Shown here piece by piece: positions 54,733 through 63,017 of a stretch of DNA of 64,000 bases. Below the pieces are notes generated by a model. The model had not been told where the DNA came from, ran no database searches, and was given only the letters and a program-made list of their open reading frames with translations. The position numbers and the translations under genes are program-made. Within the stretch, counting starts at the first letter, position 1. Each line of letters starts with the position of its first letter. Source of the stretch: Vicinamibacterales bacterium (GTDB taxonomy: Bacteria > Acidobacteriota > Vicinamibacteria > Vicinamibacterales > CAVVIG01); contig DASXIR010000365.1 in assembly GCA_036497895.1 (NCBI GenBank), positions 10,522 to 74,521 on the forward strand, in the 5' to 3' direction.

Positions 54733-55563
54733 GTGTCTCTGCGCGAACAGCTTGGTTGGAACGATTTCTTCGAGCAGCAGTGCTCAGCCGAGAGCCTCAC
54801 ACCGCGCGGGCACCGTTTGCTATACGACATCATCTTTCTCGTGACCGCGCTGACACAGGATCTCAATCCGCGCCGCCTCGAGCGGTACCTGACGCTGGTG
54901 TTGGACGCTGGTGCGGTCCCTGTCGTGCTGCTGAACAAGGCTGACCTCTGTGACGATCCCGCCGGCACGTCTGAGTCGGTGCGCAGGCGATTGCCGTTGG
55001 TGGACGTAGTGGTGGTCAGCGCTCTTCAGGACGTCGGACTCGTCCAGCTGGAGCCGTATCTGCGCCCGGCGCAGACGGTCGCGCTGCTCGGCTCGTCAGG
55101 CGTCGGGAAGTCGACACTGGTCAACCACCTGCTCGGCGCGGACACGCTGCGCGTCGGCGCGATCAGCGAGGCCGACGGGAAGGGCCGTCACACCACGACC
55201 GCGCGCCAGCTCGTGACGCTGCCGGGCGGGGCGCTGCTCATCGACACGCCCGGCATGCGCGAGCTCCAGCTGTGGGGCGACGAGTCGGCGGTAGCCGGCG
55301 CGTTCGACGACATCGCGGCGCGGGCGGGCGAGTGCCGATTCGCCGATCGCGGCCACGGCACCGAGCCGGGTTGCGCCGTCCAGGAGGCGGTGAACACCAG
55401 ACGTCTTGATGCCGATCGCCTCGAGAATTTCCGACGGCTCGGGCGTGAAGCGGCCTTCGAGGAACGGAAGCGCGACAAAGCCGCCGCGTCCGAGACCAAG
55501 CGCAAGTGGAAACAGCTCCACAAGGCGCAGCGTGTGCTCTTTCGCGATCGCGATCGCGGATAA
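54733..55563 (+). CDS. rsgA: RsgA/YjeQ-like circularly permuted GTPase lacking the N-terminal OB-fold
   Basis: GTG start with AGGAGAG 5 nt upstream. It has G4 LLNKADL, G1 GSSGVGKST and G3 DTPGMRE. The Zn-finger region reads CRFADRGHGTEPGCAV. The N-terminus goes from LGWNDFFEQQ..LTPRG directly into ..IIFLVTALTQDLNPRRLERYL. Confidence 0.75.
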   Translation: MSLREQLGWNDFFEQQCSAESLTPRGHRLLYDIIFLVTALTQDLNPRRLERYLTLVLDAGAVPVVLLNKADLCDDPAGTSESVRRRLPLVDVVVVSALQDVGLVQLEPYLRPAQTVALLGSSGVGKSTLVNHLLGADTLRVGAISEADGKGRHTTTARQLVTLPGGALLIDTPGMRELQLWGDESAVAGAFDDIAARAGECRFADRGHGTEPGCAVQEAVNTRRLDADRLENFRRLGREAAFEERKRDKAAASETKRKWKQLHKAQRVLFRDRDRG

Positions 55564-55572
55564 AATGCCGGC

Positions 55573-56238
55573 ATGCGGACGCTGACGATGGCGGTGGTGT
55601 GCACGGCGGCGGTCTTGGTGGTCAGCCTCTCCGGGGAGGGCGCGTGGGGCCACTCGATCGAGAACGGCGGCTCGTCTCGCAGCGTCGAGTTGCAGAGCGC
55701 CGGATCACCCGTTTACCACGTTCGACTCGACACGACGAAAGGCGTTATCGTCATCGCCGTCCACCGTGACTGGGCGCCGCTTGGGGCCGATCGGTTTCGC
55801 GAGTTGGTGATGTCTCGCTACTTCGACAACAGCCGCTTCTTCCGTGTCGTCAAGGGACAGTGGGCTCAGTTCGGCATCAACGGCGACCCCGCGGTGTCGA
55901 AGCAGTGGCGGACGCGAACGTTTCCCGACGATCCCAACCAGCAGTCGGTCATCCGTGGACGGGTCGCGTTCGCCTTCAAGGATCCGGGCGGGCGCACCAC
56001 GCAGGTATATATAAGCCTGCGCGACAATTCCTATCAGGACGCGCAAGGCTTCGCGCCGTTTGGCGAGGTGGTGACCGGCATGGCCGTCGCCGATGCGCTC
56101 AATAGCCAGTACGGTGAGTCGTCTGGCGGCGGCATCCGTGCCGGCAAACAGGACCCCCTCTTCGACGGTGGCAATGCGTTTCTCGATCGTGAATTTCCGC
56201 GGCTGGACAAGCTGCTTCACGCGATGGTGATGCCATGA
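55573..56238 (+). CDS. Cyclophilin-type peptidyl-prolyl cis-trans isomerase, secreted
   Basis: 221 aa with a signal peptide. It has ..FRELVMSRYFDNSRFFRVVKGQWAQFG.. and ..FAPFGEVVTGMAVADAL. Confidence 0.75.
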   Translation: MRTLTMAVVCTAAVLVVSLSGEGAWGHSIENGGSSRSVELQSAGSPVYHVRLDTTKGVIVIAVHRDWAPLGADRFRELVMSRYFDNSRFFRVVKGQWAQFGINGDPAVSKQWRTRTFPDDPNQQSVIRGRVAFAFKDPGGRTTQVYISLRDNSYQDAQGFAPFGEVVTGMAVADALNSQYGESSGGGIRAGKQDPLFDGGNAFLDREFPRLDKLLHAMVMP

Positions 56239-56732
56239 CTCTTCAGGATCTGCAGACGCTGCTCGACTACCACTACTGGGCGCGCGATCGATTGCTCGAA
56301 GCGATCGATCCGCTTACCCAGGAACAATTCAACAAGGCGATGGGCAGCAGCTTTACCTCGATTCGCGAAACGGTCGTTCACGTCTACGCCGCCGAAGTCG
56401 CCTGGTACTCGCGTTGGCAGGGTGTCTCGCCATCCGCACTGATGACCAGTGAATCACTTCCGGACGTCGCATCAGTCCGCTCGGCCTGGGCCGAACAGGA
56501 GAAGAACATGCGGCGGTTCACCGAGTCCCTTGGCGAAGCGGGCGTCGGGAGGGTGTTCGACTACAAGAACCTGATGCAGCAGCCGAATACCGCGCCGTTC
56601 TGGCAGATGCTCCAGCACGTCGTCAATCACGCCAGCTATCACCGCGGTCAGGTGACGACGATGCTTCGGCAGATGGGCGCAGCGGCAGGAAAGTCGATGG
56701 ACATGATCGCGTTCTACAGGACGCGGGGCTAG
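56235..56732 (+). CDS. DinB-family protein
   Basis: 165 aa. It has YHYWARDRLL, VHVYAAEVAWYSRW and HVVNHASYHRGQV. Its start overlaps the previous stop by 4 nt. Confidence 0.8.
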   Translation: MTLQDLQTLLDYHYWARDRLLEAIDPLTQEQFNKAMGSSFTSIRETVVHVYAAEVAWYSRWQGVSPSALMTSESLPDVASVRSAWAEQEKNMRRFTESLGEAGVGRVFDYKNLMQQPNTAPFWQMLQHVVNHASYHRGQVTTMLRQMGAAAGKSMDMIAFYRTRG

Positions 56733-56737
56733 GAGGA

Positions 56738-57097
56738 TTGAGCGCCGTCCGGTCGTTCGGCCTGACGCTGTTCGCGATCGTCGCGGTCGCGATCCTCGTC
56801 GCCGGCTGGCGTGGCGGTGAGCCGTGGACTGCCGCGGCGTTCGTCGCGTTCTTCACGTCGCGGGTGGTGCGTTCGGTGATCAAGACGCCGATCAGCGGCG
56901 TCCGCCGCCGGACGCCGGCCGAGGATGCGCATCGTTTTCTCCTGGTCACCGCCGCCGGCTGGCTTGGTTCGGGTGCGCTGGCCGTCGGCGCCTCGCTGTT
57001 CGGGGAAGGGCAGGAGTGGTTCTACGTCGCGCCCTGCTTTCTCCTGTTCGGCCTGCTGCACGTGTATTTCGCCGTGCGCGCCGCGTCGCTCGACTAG
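56738..57097 (+). CDS. Small hypothetical membrane protein
   Basis: 119 aa with about 4 hydrophobic segments and GC3-rich codon usage. I recognise no family. Confidence 0.45.
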   Translation: MSAVRSFGLTLFAIVAVAILVAGWRGGEPWTAAAFVAFFTSRVVRSVIKTPISGVRRRTPAEDAHRFLLVTAAGWLGSGALAVGASLFGEGQEWFYVAPCFLLFGLLHVYFAVRAASLD

Positions 57098-57099
57098 CG

Positions 57100-58050
57100 C
57101 TACTCCTCGTCTGGCGCACCGCCGCCGGACTTCGCCACGTCCTCCTGTTTTATCCGATCGACGTTGAATTTCGCCGCGCTCGCGATGATCTTGTCGAACG
57201 CCTCGTCGAAGTCGAATGACGAGGCCTTGGAGAACCGCGTGTAGTTGACGCGGGACACGACGAACGGCTTCAGGTACGGGCTGGTCAGCCCTTTGGCCTT
57301 CAGCTTCTCGACCGCCGCGGTCACCGCATCGTCGAGCTTCAGGATCTTTTTGCCGCGCCGCTCACGTTCCTTGAGTGCCTTGGCAATGGGCAAATCCAGG
57401 AACTCGTCGACGCGACGGAGAATCGACTGGTAGGCTCCGCCACTCAGACGGGGACGCTCCTCGTAGCCGATGCCCAGGGTCAGGAACGCCGGCTGCTCGA
57501 ATTCGAACGTGAAGGCGTCCTCCGGATTGTCGCTCGTCTTCGCGAGCGCGCGCGCCATCCGGATCGTCTCGAGCGATTTCTCGCGCAGGTTGTGCGCCTT
57601 CTCGGTGTTGAGCGCCAGAATCTTGAACGCGACCGTCGGATCGGGCACAACCAGCGCGATCACCGTCTTCACGCCGAGCTTCTTGAGGGCCTGCAGGCGG
57701 TGGTTGCCGTTCGGCGTCAGATACGTGTGGCCTTCCCGGACGGCGATGATCGGATCGAGGAACCGTCCGATTTTCTCGACGACCGCCATCAGGCGCTTGA
57801 CGTGGGCGTCCGACGGATCACGCTGATAGGGTGTCGGCTCCACGCGATCAATTGGCAGCGCGGCCAGAAGCAGTGGTGTTCCGCCGAACGGCTCGCGGTA
57901 GCGGCCGACGACTGCGCCGCCGTCGCCAGCGATCGCCGACGACAAACGGTCGAGCTCGGGATCGTCAGCGTTCCGAGTCTCTTCCGGACTCAGTCCGACC
58001 GAAGCAGCAGTGACTTTCTTTCGCCGTACCGGCTTTTTGCGTGGCGGCAT
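57100..58050 (-). CDS. ParB/Srx-like N-terminal domain protein (orphan, no ParA nearby)
   Basis: Trimmed to MPPRKKPVRRKK. It has IDRVEPTPYQRDPSDAHVKRLMAVVEKIGRFLDPIIAV..TYLTPNGNHRLQALKKLG, a ParB-N-like fold signature. The C-terminal ~180 aa are unassigned. Confidence 0.7.
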   Translation of the reverse strand: MPPRKKPVRRKKVTAASVGLSPEETRNADDPELDRLSSAIAGDGGAVVGRYREPFGGTPLLLAALPIDRVEPTPYQRDPSDAHVKRLMAVVEKIGRFLDPIIAVREGHTYLTPNGNHRLQALKKLGVKTVIALVVPDPTVAFKILALNTEKAHNLREKSLETIRMARALAKTSDNPEDAFTFEFEQPAFLTLGIGYEERPRLSGGAYQSILRRVDEFLDLPIAKALKERERRGKKILKLDDAVTAAVEKLKAKGLTSPYLKPFVVSRVNYTRFSKASSFDFDEAFDKIIASAAKFNVDRIKQEDVAKSGGGAPDEE

Positions 58051-58150
58051 CACGCGGATGATACGACACGAAACGGATCGGCGGTCACTCGCCCATCGAT
58101 TTGAGTAAGATGTGCGGTCAGCGGGCCACGACCTGCGCGGAGTAAAGCTG

Positions 58151-59725
58151 GTGTTGAAAAAGATTCTGCTGGTTGGGGTGGTGGTGGTCGTCGTCGGCAG
58201 CCTGGCCCTGTTCGTCTGGGCGCGATCCGTGTTCTCGCAGGACGCCGTCAGGACGACGATCGCCGCCAAACTGAGCGACGCGCTGGGACAGCCGGTGACC
58301 ATCGGCGGCATCGGCGCCTCCATTTATCCGACGGTGGCCGTCGATCTCGACAAGCTCAGCATTGGTCCAAACAACAACATCACCGTCGCCGCGCTGCGAA
58401 TTGCCACCGATTTTCGGGCCCTGCTGTCCCGGCGCATCGAGCACGGCAGCATGCGCCTGAGTGGCGCGCACATTCAGCTGCCGCTTCCCGCATTCAAGAC
58501 CCCGTCGGAAAGTCGCGCGCCCGCTCCTGCGAATCCGACGCCAACGGCTGCGCCGGTCGAGATCGTGTCCATCGACGAAATCGTCCTGAGCGACGTGGAA
58601 ATCGTCAGCAACGGCCGCACGCTGCGTGGCGACATCGAAGTGGTCCCCGACGGCAAAGGGCTGATCGTGAAGAAAGTTTCACTGACCGCCGACAAGGCGA
58701 CCGTCAATGTCAGTGGTCGCATCACCGATCTCTCAGGTCCTGCCGGCGAGCTCGCCATAAAGGCGGGTGTGCTGGACATCAACCAGTTGCTGGCGTTCCT
58801 GTCAGACTTTTCGAAGGATGCGGCCGGCACGCCACCGTCGAGCAGTGCGCCGCCCGCCAGATCGGCCACAGCTCCGACCAATGCCGTCGGCGCAGCGGGA
58901 CTGAACATGGCGCTGACGGTCGATGCGGATCGCGCGACGATTGGCACGCTGTCGCTCGACAAGCTGTCGGCGCGTGCGAAGGTCACACCGACCGGAATGA
59001 CGCTCGATCCGGCGTCGTTCGGAGTGTTCGGCGGACGCTACGAGGGCACGCTGGCGCTCACGCTCGCGTCGGTTCCTGAATTCCACCTCAAGGCCAAGGT
59101 GTCCGCCGTTGACGTCGCGGCTGCCTCGGCGTTCGCCGGCAGTCCCGGCGTGATCACTGGAAAGTTGGCGGGCGACCTCGACATCGCTGGCCGCGGTCTC
59201 GATCCGAAAAGCGTCCAGCAAACCGCCCACGGCACGGTCCGTATGGACATTGCCAACGGCGTCATCAAAAACCTCGGCCTGCTTCAGTCGGTCGTGGCCG
59301 CGACATCGATGCGGTCGGATGCTTCATCTCAGCCGGCGGGCTCACGGGACGAGCCGTTCACGCACCTCGGCGGCACGATGACCATCGCGCACGGAGACGG
59401 ATCGACCCAGAACCTGCAGCTGGAGGCAAAAGACCTCCGCGTCAGCCTCACCGGGATCGTCAGGCTGGATGGCAGCACGCTGGACCTGAAGGGGCAGGCA
59501 CAGCTCTCGGAGGCGGCGACGCAGCAGGCCGGAAAAGATCTTGTTCGTTACACAGCCGACCAGGGCCGCGTGACATTGCCGATCAAGATCGACGGTTCGG
59601 CGGACAACCCGAAAGTGCACGTGGACACGGCCGACATGGCCAAGCGTGCGATCAAGAATCGTTCAGTCGAGGAAACGCACAAGGCGATCGAAAAAGGGCT
59701 CAATACCTTCTTCAAGAAGAAGTAA
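58151..59725 (+). CDS. AsmA-family outer-membrane biogenesis protein
   Basis: GTG start with GGAG upstream. It has an N-terminal anchor KKILLVGVVVVVVGSLALFVWA, a long beta-rich repetitive body, and the C-terminal motif ..LPIKIDGSADNPKV. Confidence 0.7.
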   Translation: MLKKILLVGVVVVVVGSLALFVWARSVFSQDAVRTTIAAKLSDALGQPVTIGGIGASIYPTVAVDLDKLSIGPNNNITVAALRIATDFRALLSRRIEHGSMRLSGAHIQLPLPAFKTPSESRAPAPANPTPTAAPVEIVSIDEIVLSDVEIVSNGRTLRGDIEVVPDGKGLIVKKVSLTADKATVNVSGRITDLSGPAGELAIKAGVLDINQLLAFLSDFSKDAAGTPPSSSAPPARSATAPTNAVGAAGLNMALTVDADRATIGTLSLDKLSARAKVTPTGMTLDPASFGVFGGRYEGTLALTLASVPEFHLKAKVSAVDVAAASAFAGSPGVITGKLAGDLDIAGRGLDPKSVQQTAHGTVRMDIANGVIKNLGLLQSVVAATSMRSDASSQPAGSRDEPFTHLGGTMTIAHGDGSTQNLQLEAKDLRVSLTGIVRLDGSTLDLKGQAQLSEAATQQAGKDLVRYTADQGRVTLPIKIDGSADNPKVHVDTADMAKRAIKNRSVEETHKAIEKGLNTFFKKK

Positions 59726-61585
59726 CTATTTGCGCGCCGCCGGGGTCAGCGTCGTCTCGAGCTTTTTGCCTTCGCGCATGTAGATCACCTTCGCCGGCTG
59801 GCCGATTTTCAGCACGTCCAGCGCGTAGGTGTAGTCGTAGATGTTGGCAATGGTCTGGCCGGCGATTTCCACGATCACGTCACCCTTGCGAAGTCCCGCT
59901 TCTTCAGCCGGACCGCCGCCAACGACGCCGCTCAGCAGCAGTCCCTTGACCTCTGTCGAATAGTCCGGGATCGTACCGGTGTAAACACGGGCGCCGGCCC
60001 GGCCGCCGCCCGCCTGCATCTGCTGCTCGACCTTCGTGAACTGTGGCGCGTCGGGCGTGTCCTCGAGCTTCCTGACAATCGCCGCTGCGAAATCGACGAC
60101 GCGATCGAGATCCTCGTAATCGATCTTGTCGGCGGTGTCCGACGGTTTGTGGTAGTCGGGATGGACGCCGGTGAAGAACGCCAGCGAGGGAATGCCGGCC
60201 GCATTGAAGGTCGCGACGTCGGTCGGCTGATACGGATCCTCCTGGACCAGCAGGCTGAAGCCGGCCGGGATGTTCGCCTGCTCGAGAATCTTGCCCCACG
60301 CCGGACTGCTGCCCGCGGCCTGCACCGTCAGCTTGTTGTCCTGCATCCGGCCCACCATGTCGAAGTTCAAGTAGGCAGCCAATCCATCGAGCGGCAGCGG
60401 TGGAGTTGTCGTAAACGCATTGGAGCCGATCAGGCCGAGCTCTTCGCCCGACCAGAAGCCCACGAGGATGTTGCGTCGCCGCGCCTGTTTCGAGAGGCTG
60501 GCCGCCACAGCGAGCACGGCCGCCGAGCCGGACGCGTTGTCGTCCGCACCGAAATGAGTTTTCTTGGCGTCGGCGGCATCCGCGAGCGTATTGCCGGCTT
60601 CGCCGTGACCGAGATGGTCGAAATGCGCACCGATCACAATCCATGGTTTCGCGGTCGTCGTCACTGGGACAGTCGCCGGCAGATAACCAACCACGTTGTG
60701 TCCGGTTCGCTTCTCGCGCTCCACGGCGGCGTGAATGCGGACGGTCACGCCGGGCAGTGCAAATCCCGTGGCGTGCGGGTTGGCATCGTCGAGCGACTTC
60801 TGTGCGGCGGCGAGCGGCGTCTTGGGCGTCACTTCGAACAACCGGTCGGCGACTGCGCCCTTCACGCTCACCGCGACGATGCCCGAGCCGGCGATCGCCG
60901 TGTCGAAGGTCATCGGCGCCAGCTCGCCGGCGTTGGGGGAGCGCGGTCCGGTGACGATGATCATCGCCTTGGCACCGTGCTGGCGCGCGGCCATGGCCTT
61001 GTAGCGAAGGTCCGCGTAGCGGGACAAAACGCCCTTGGTCTTGGGATCCGCGTCCTCCGGGAAATAACGTAACGCGACGACGATCTTGTCCTTGACGTCG
61101 AGCGTGGCGTAGCTGTCGTACGAGAATCCCTGGCCATCAGGAACGACGATCCCATAGCCGACGAACACCGCTGGCCCCTCGACGTCACCGTTGTCCGAGA
61201 AAGAGAGTGCCCGCGCCTGGCCTGTCCCGGATGTCGCACTCCCGATCGTGACGGTCGAACCGGCGTCCTTCGTCCCGGCCGTGAACTCGAACGGCATCCG
61301 GAAATCCGTCAGCCCGGGTAGTGGCTTGGCGCCAATCTTCTGCAACTCACCGACGATATAGTCGGCGGCGAGGCGCTCGCCGTTCGAGCCGGCCAGGCGT
61401 CCTTCGAGCTTGTCGGACGCCAATGTTTCGACATATGTGCGGGTCTTCGATGTTTGAGCCGCCAGTCCCGCCGCCAACGCGATCGCAACGATCGACGCAG
61501 ACACCGCCCAGCACGCCGAGCGACGATGATTTCGATGACTGCACCGCGGCATCGGCATGCTGCGCGTTCGGATACCGGTGGTCAT
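59726..61585 (-). CDS. M28-family aminopeptidase with PA domain and C-terminal PDZ domain
   Basis: Trimmed to Met39; the ATG overlaps the upstream stop (ATGA). It has IGAHFDHLGHG, GADDNASGSAAVLAVA and a C-terminal PDZ (GLLLSGVVGGGPAEEAGLRKGDVIVEIAG). Confidence 0.85.
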   Translation of the reverse strand: MTTGIRTRSMPMPRCSHRNHRRSACWAVSASIVAIALAAGLAAQTSKTRTYVETLASDKLEGRLAGSNGERLAADYIVGELQKIGAKPLPGLTDFRMPFEFTAGTKDAGSTVTIGSATSGTGQARALSFSDNGDVEGPAVFVGYGIVVPDGQGFSYDSYATLDVKDKIVVALRYFPEDADPKTKGVLSRYADLRYKAMAARQHGAKAMIIVTGPRSPNAGELAPMTFDTAIAGSGIVAVSVKGAVADRLFEVTPKTPLAAAQKSLDDANPHATGFALPGVTVRIHAAVEREKRTGHNVVGYLPATVPVTTTAKPWIVIGAHFDHLGHGEAGNTLADAADAKKTHFGADDNASGSAAVLAVAASLSKQARRRNILVGFWSGEELGLIGSNAFTTTPPLPLDGLAAYLNFDMVGRMQDNKLTVQAAGSSPAWGKILEQANIPAGFSLLVQEDPYQPTDVATFNAAGIPSLAFFTGVHPDYHKPSDTADKIDYEDLDRVVDFAAAIVRKLEDTPDAPQFTKVEQQMQAGGGRAGARVYTGTIPDYSTEVKGLLLSGVVGGGPAEEAGLRKGDVIVEIAGQTIANIYDYTYALDVLKIGQPAKVIYMREGKKLETTLTPAARK

Positions 61586-62703
61586 GACTTGGCCGGCTTT
61601 CTGGGCGGGGCGTTCTTGATCGCCTCGAGCGCCTTCTCGTGGTTCCACTGACCGAGGAACAGCTGACCGGCCGAACCGCCGGCGCGGCTCGATGTCCACG
61701 CCAGTTGCTTGCCGTCAGGCGAAGGCACGGGGAGGCCGTCGAATCCATCTGAGTAAGTGACCCGGACCGGCTCCTTCGTCCCCGCCGCGTCGACCATGAA
61801 CAGCTCGAAGTTTTCGAAGCCGAGTTTGTTCGACGCGAAGATGATGTAGTCGCCGGACGGATGCATGTACGGAGCCCAGCTCATCGATCCGAACGACGTG
61901 ATCTGTTTCTGGTCGGACCCGTCAGGATTCATGGTCCAGACGTCCGCAATCATCCCTTTTTCGTCGAAGCGGCGCCACAGGATCTTCTTGCCGTCCTGGG
62001 TGAAGAACGGGCCGCCGTCGTAGCCCCAGACGTTGGTGAGCCGCTTCTGCTCTGAGCCGTCCGCGCGCATCGTGTAAATCTCGGCGAAATTGCTCGGATT
62101 TTCTTCGAGCTGCTTCTGTTCCTTGTCCGTGAGCGGATGGTCGTAGGCGCTGCGCATCGACGAGAACACGATCCATTGACCGTCCGGGGAATAGCTGCCT
62201 TCGGCGTCGTAGCCCTTCGCCGTGGTCAGGCGCTTCATCGCGCCGCTTTTCTCGTTGTAGGAATAGATGTCCATCTCTGGGTCGTAATCCCACGAGTACC
62301 GCCGTTCTTTTCCCGATGCCCGAAACGCGAGCTCCTCGTCCTGGTATTGCTTCGACTTCGGATCGGCGTGCGTGGACGCGAACTCGATCTCGTCGCTGCC
62401 AGGCCGGAAGAACGCGCACGTGGTCTTGCCGACGCCGGTCGAGATGCGTTTGGTATCGCCGGTCGCGAGATCCAGTACATAGATTTGATAAAACGGATTG
62501 CCCGGTTCGCGCTCGCTCTGGAACACCAGCCGCTTCCCGTCTGGCGACCAGTAGCCTTCACCTGCCCGCTTGCCTTCGACCGTCAGCCGACGAATTCGAG
62601 TCAGGAAGTCTCGTTCCTGATAGGTCGGTGCTGATTGAGACGCCAGAGGAGCCACGAGGAGGGTGGCGACGAGGGCCGTGCGGAGCAGATTCATGGAAGG
62701 CAT
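61582..62703 (-). CDS. TolB-like (PD40/WD40-like) beta-propeller protein, secreted
   Basis: It has repeated SPDG motifs (SPDGKRLVFQSER, SPDGQWIVFSS, SPDGKQLAWTSSR) and a signal peptide MPSMNLLRTALVATLLVAPLASQ. An alternative start lies at 62694. Confidence 0.8.
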   Translation of the reverse strand: MPSMNLLRTALVATLLVAPLASQSAPTYQERDFLTRIRRLTVEGKRAGEGYWSPDGKRLVFQSEREPGNPFYQIYVLDLATGDTKRISTGVGKTTCAFFRPGSDEIEFASTHADPKSKQYQDEELAFRASGKERRYSWDYDPEMDIYSYNEKSGAMKRLTTAKGYDAEGSYSPDGQWIVFSSMRSAYDHPLTDKEQKQLEENPSNFAEIYTMRADGSEQKRLTNVWGYDGGPFFTQDGKKILWRRFDEKGMIADVWTMNPDGSDQKQITSFGSMSWAPYMHPSGDYIIFASNKLGFENFELFMVDAAGTKEPVRVTYSDGFDGLPVPSPDGKQLAWTSSRAGGSAGQLFLGQWNHEKALEAIKNAPPRKPAKS

Positions 62704-63017
62704 TATCGCCGGAGGGTGGGGCACGATTCCACCACCTCGACCGACACATTTAGCGTACTCAATAGGACAATGTGTTGTGTTACGGGACATGCCTGACTAT
62801 AATGAAACACGAATTGGCTAAGTCATTACGAACAAGGTCATTAGTTGCCAGATTTGTTCGCGTTTCGCTGACCTTCTTCGCATGATTGAACAGACTTGAT
62901 ATGACAATGGCGACTGTATCGCTGGCGATATATCGACCTAAACGATTGAACTACCAGTGGTTAGCTCAGATCTGAAACGCCCGCGGCAATGGCCGAGGTA
63001 TTGCTCTTAAAGGACGC

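Noticed and set aside
62959-62969. A tRNA-like fragment GGTTAGCTCAG (D-arm-like) in the intergenic region upstream of the S8 protease.
   Set aside because: I could find no acceptor stem, anticodon arm or T-arm (GTTCGAATC-type) in the flanks, so it is not a tRNA gene. At most it is a remnant, and I cannot support that.
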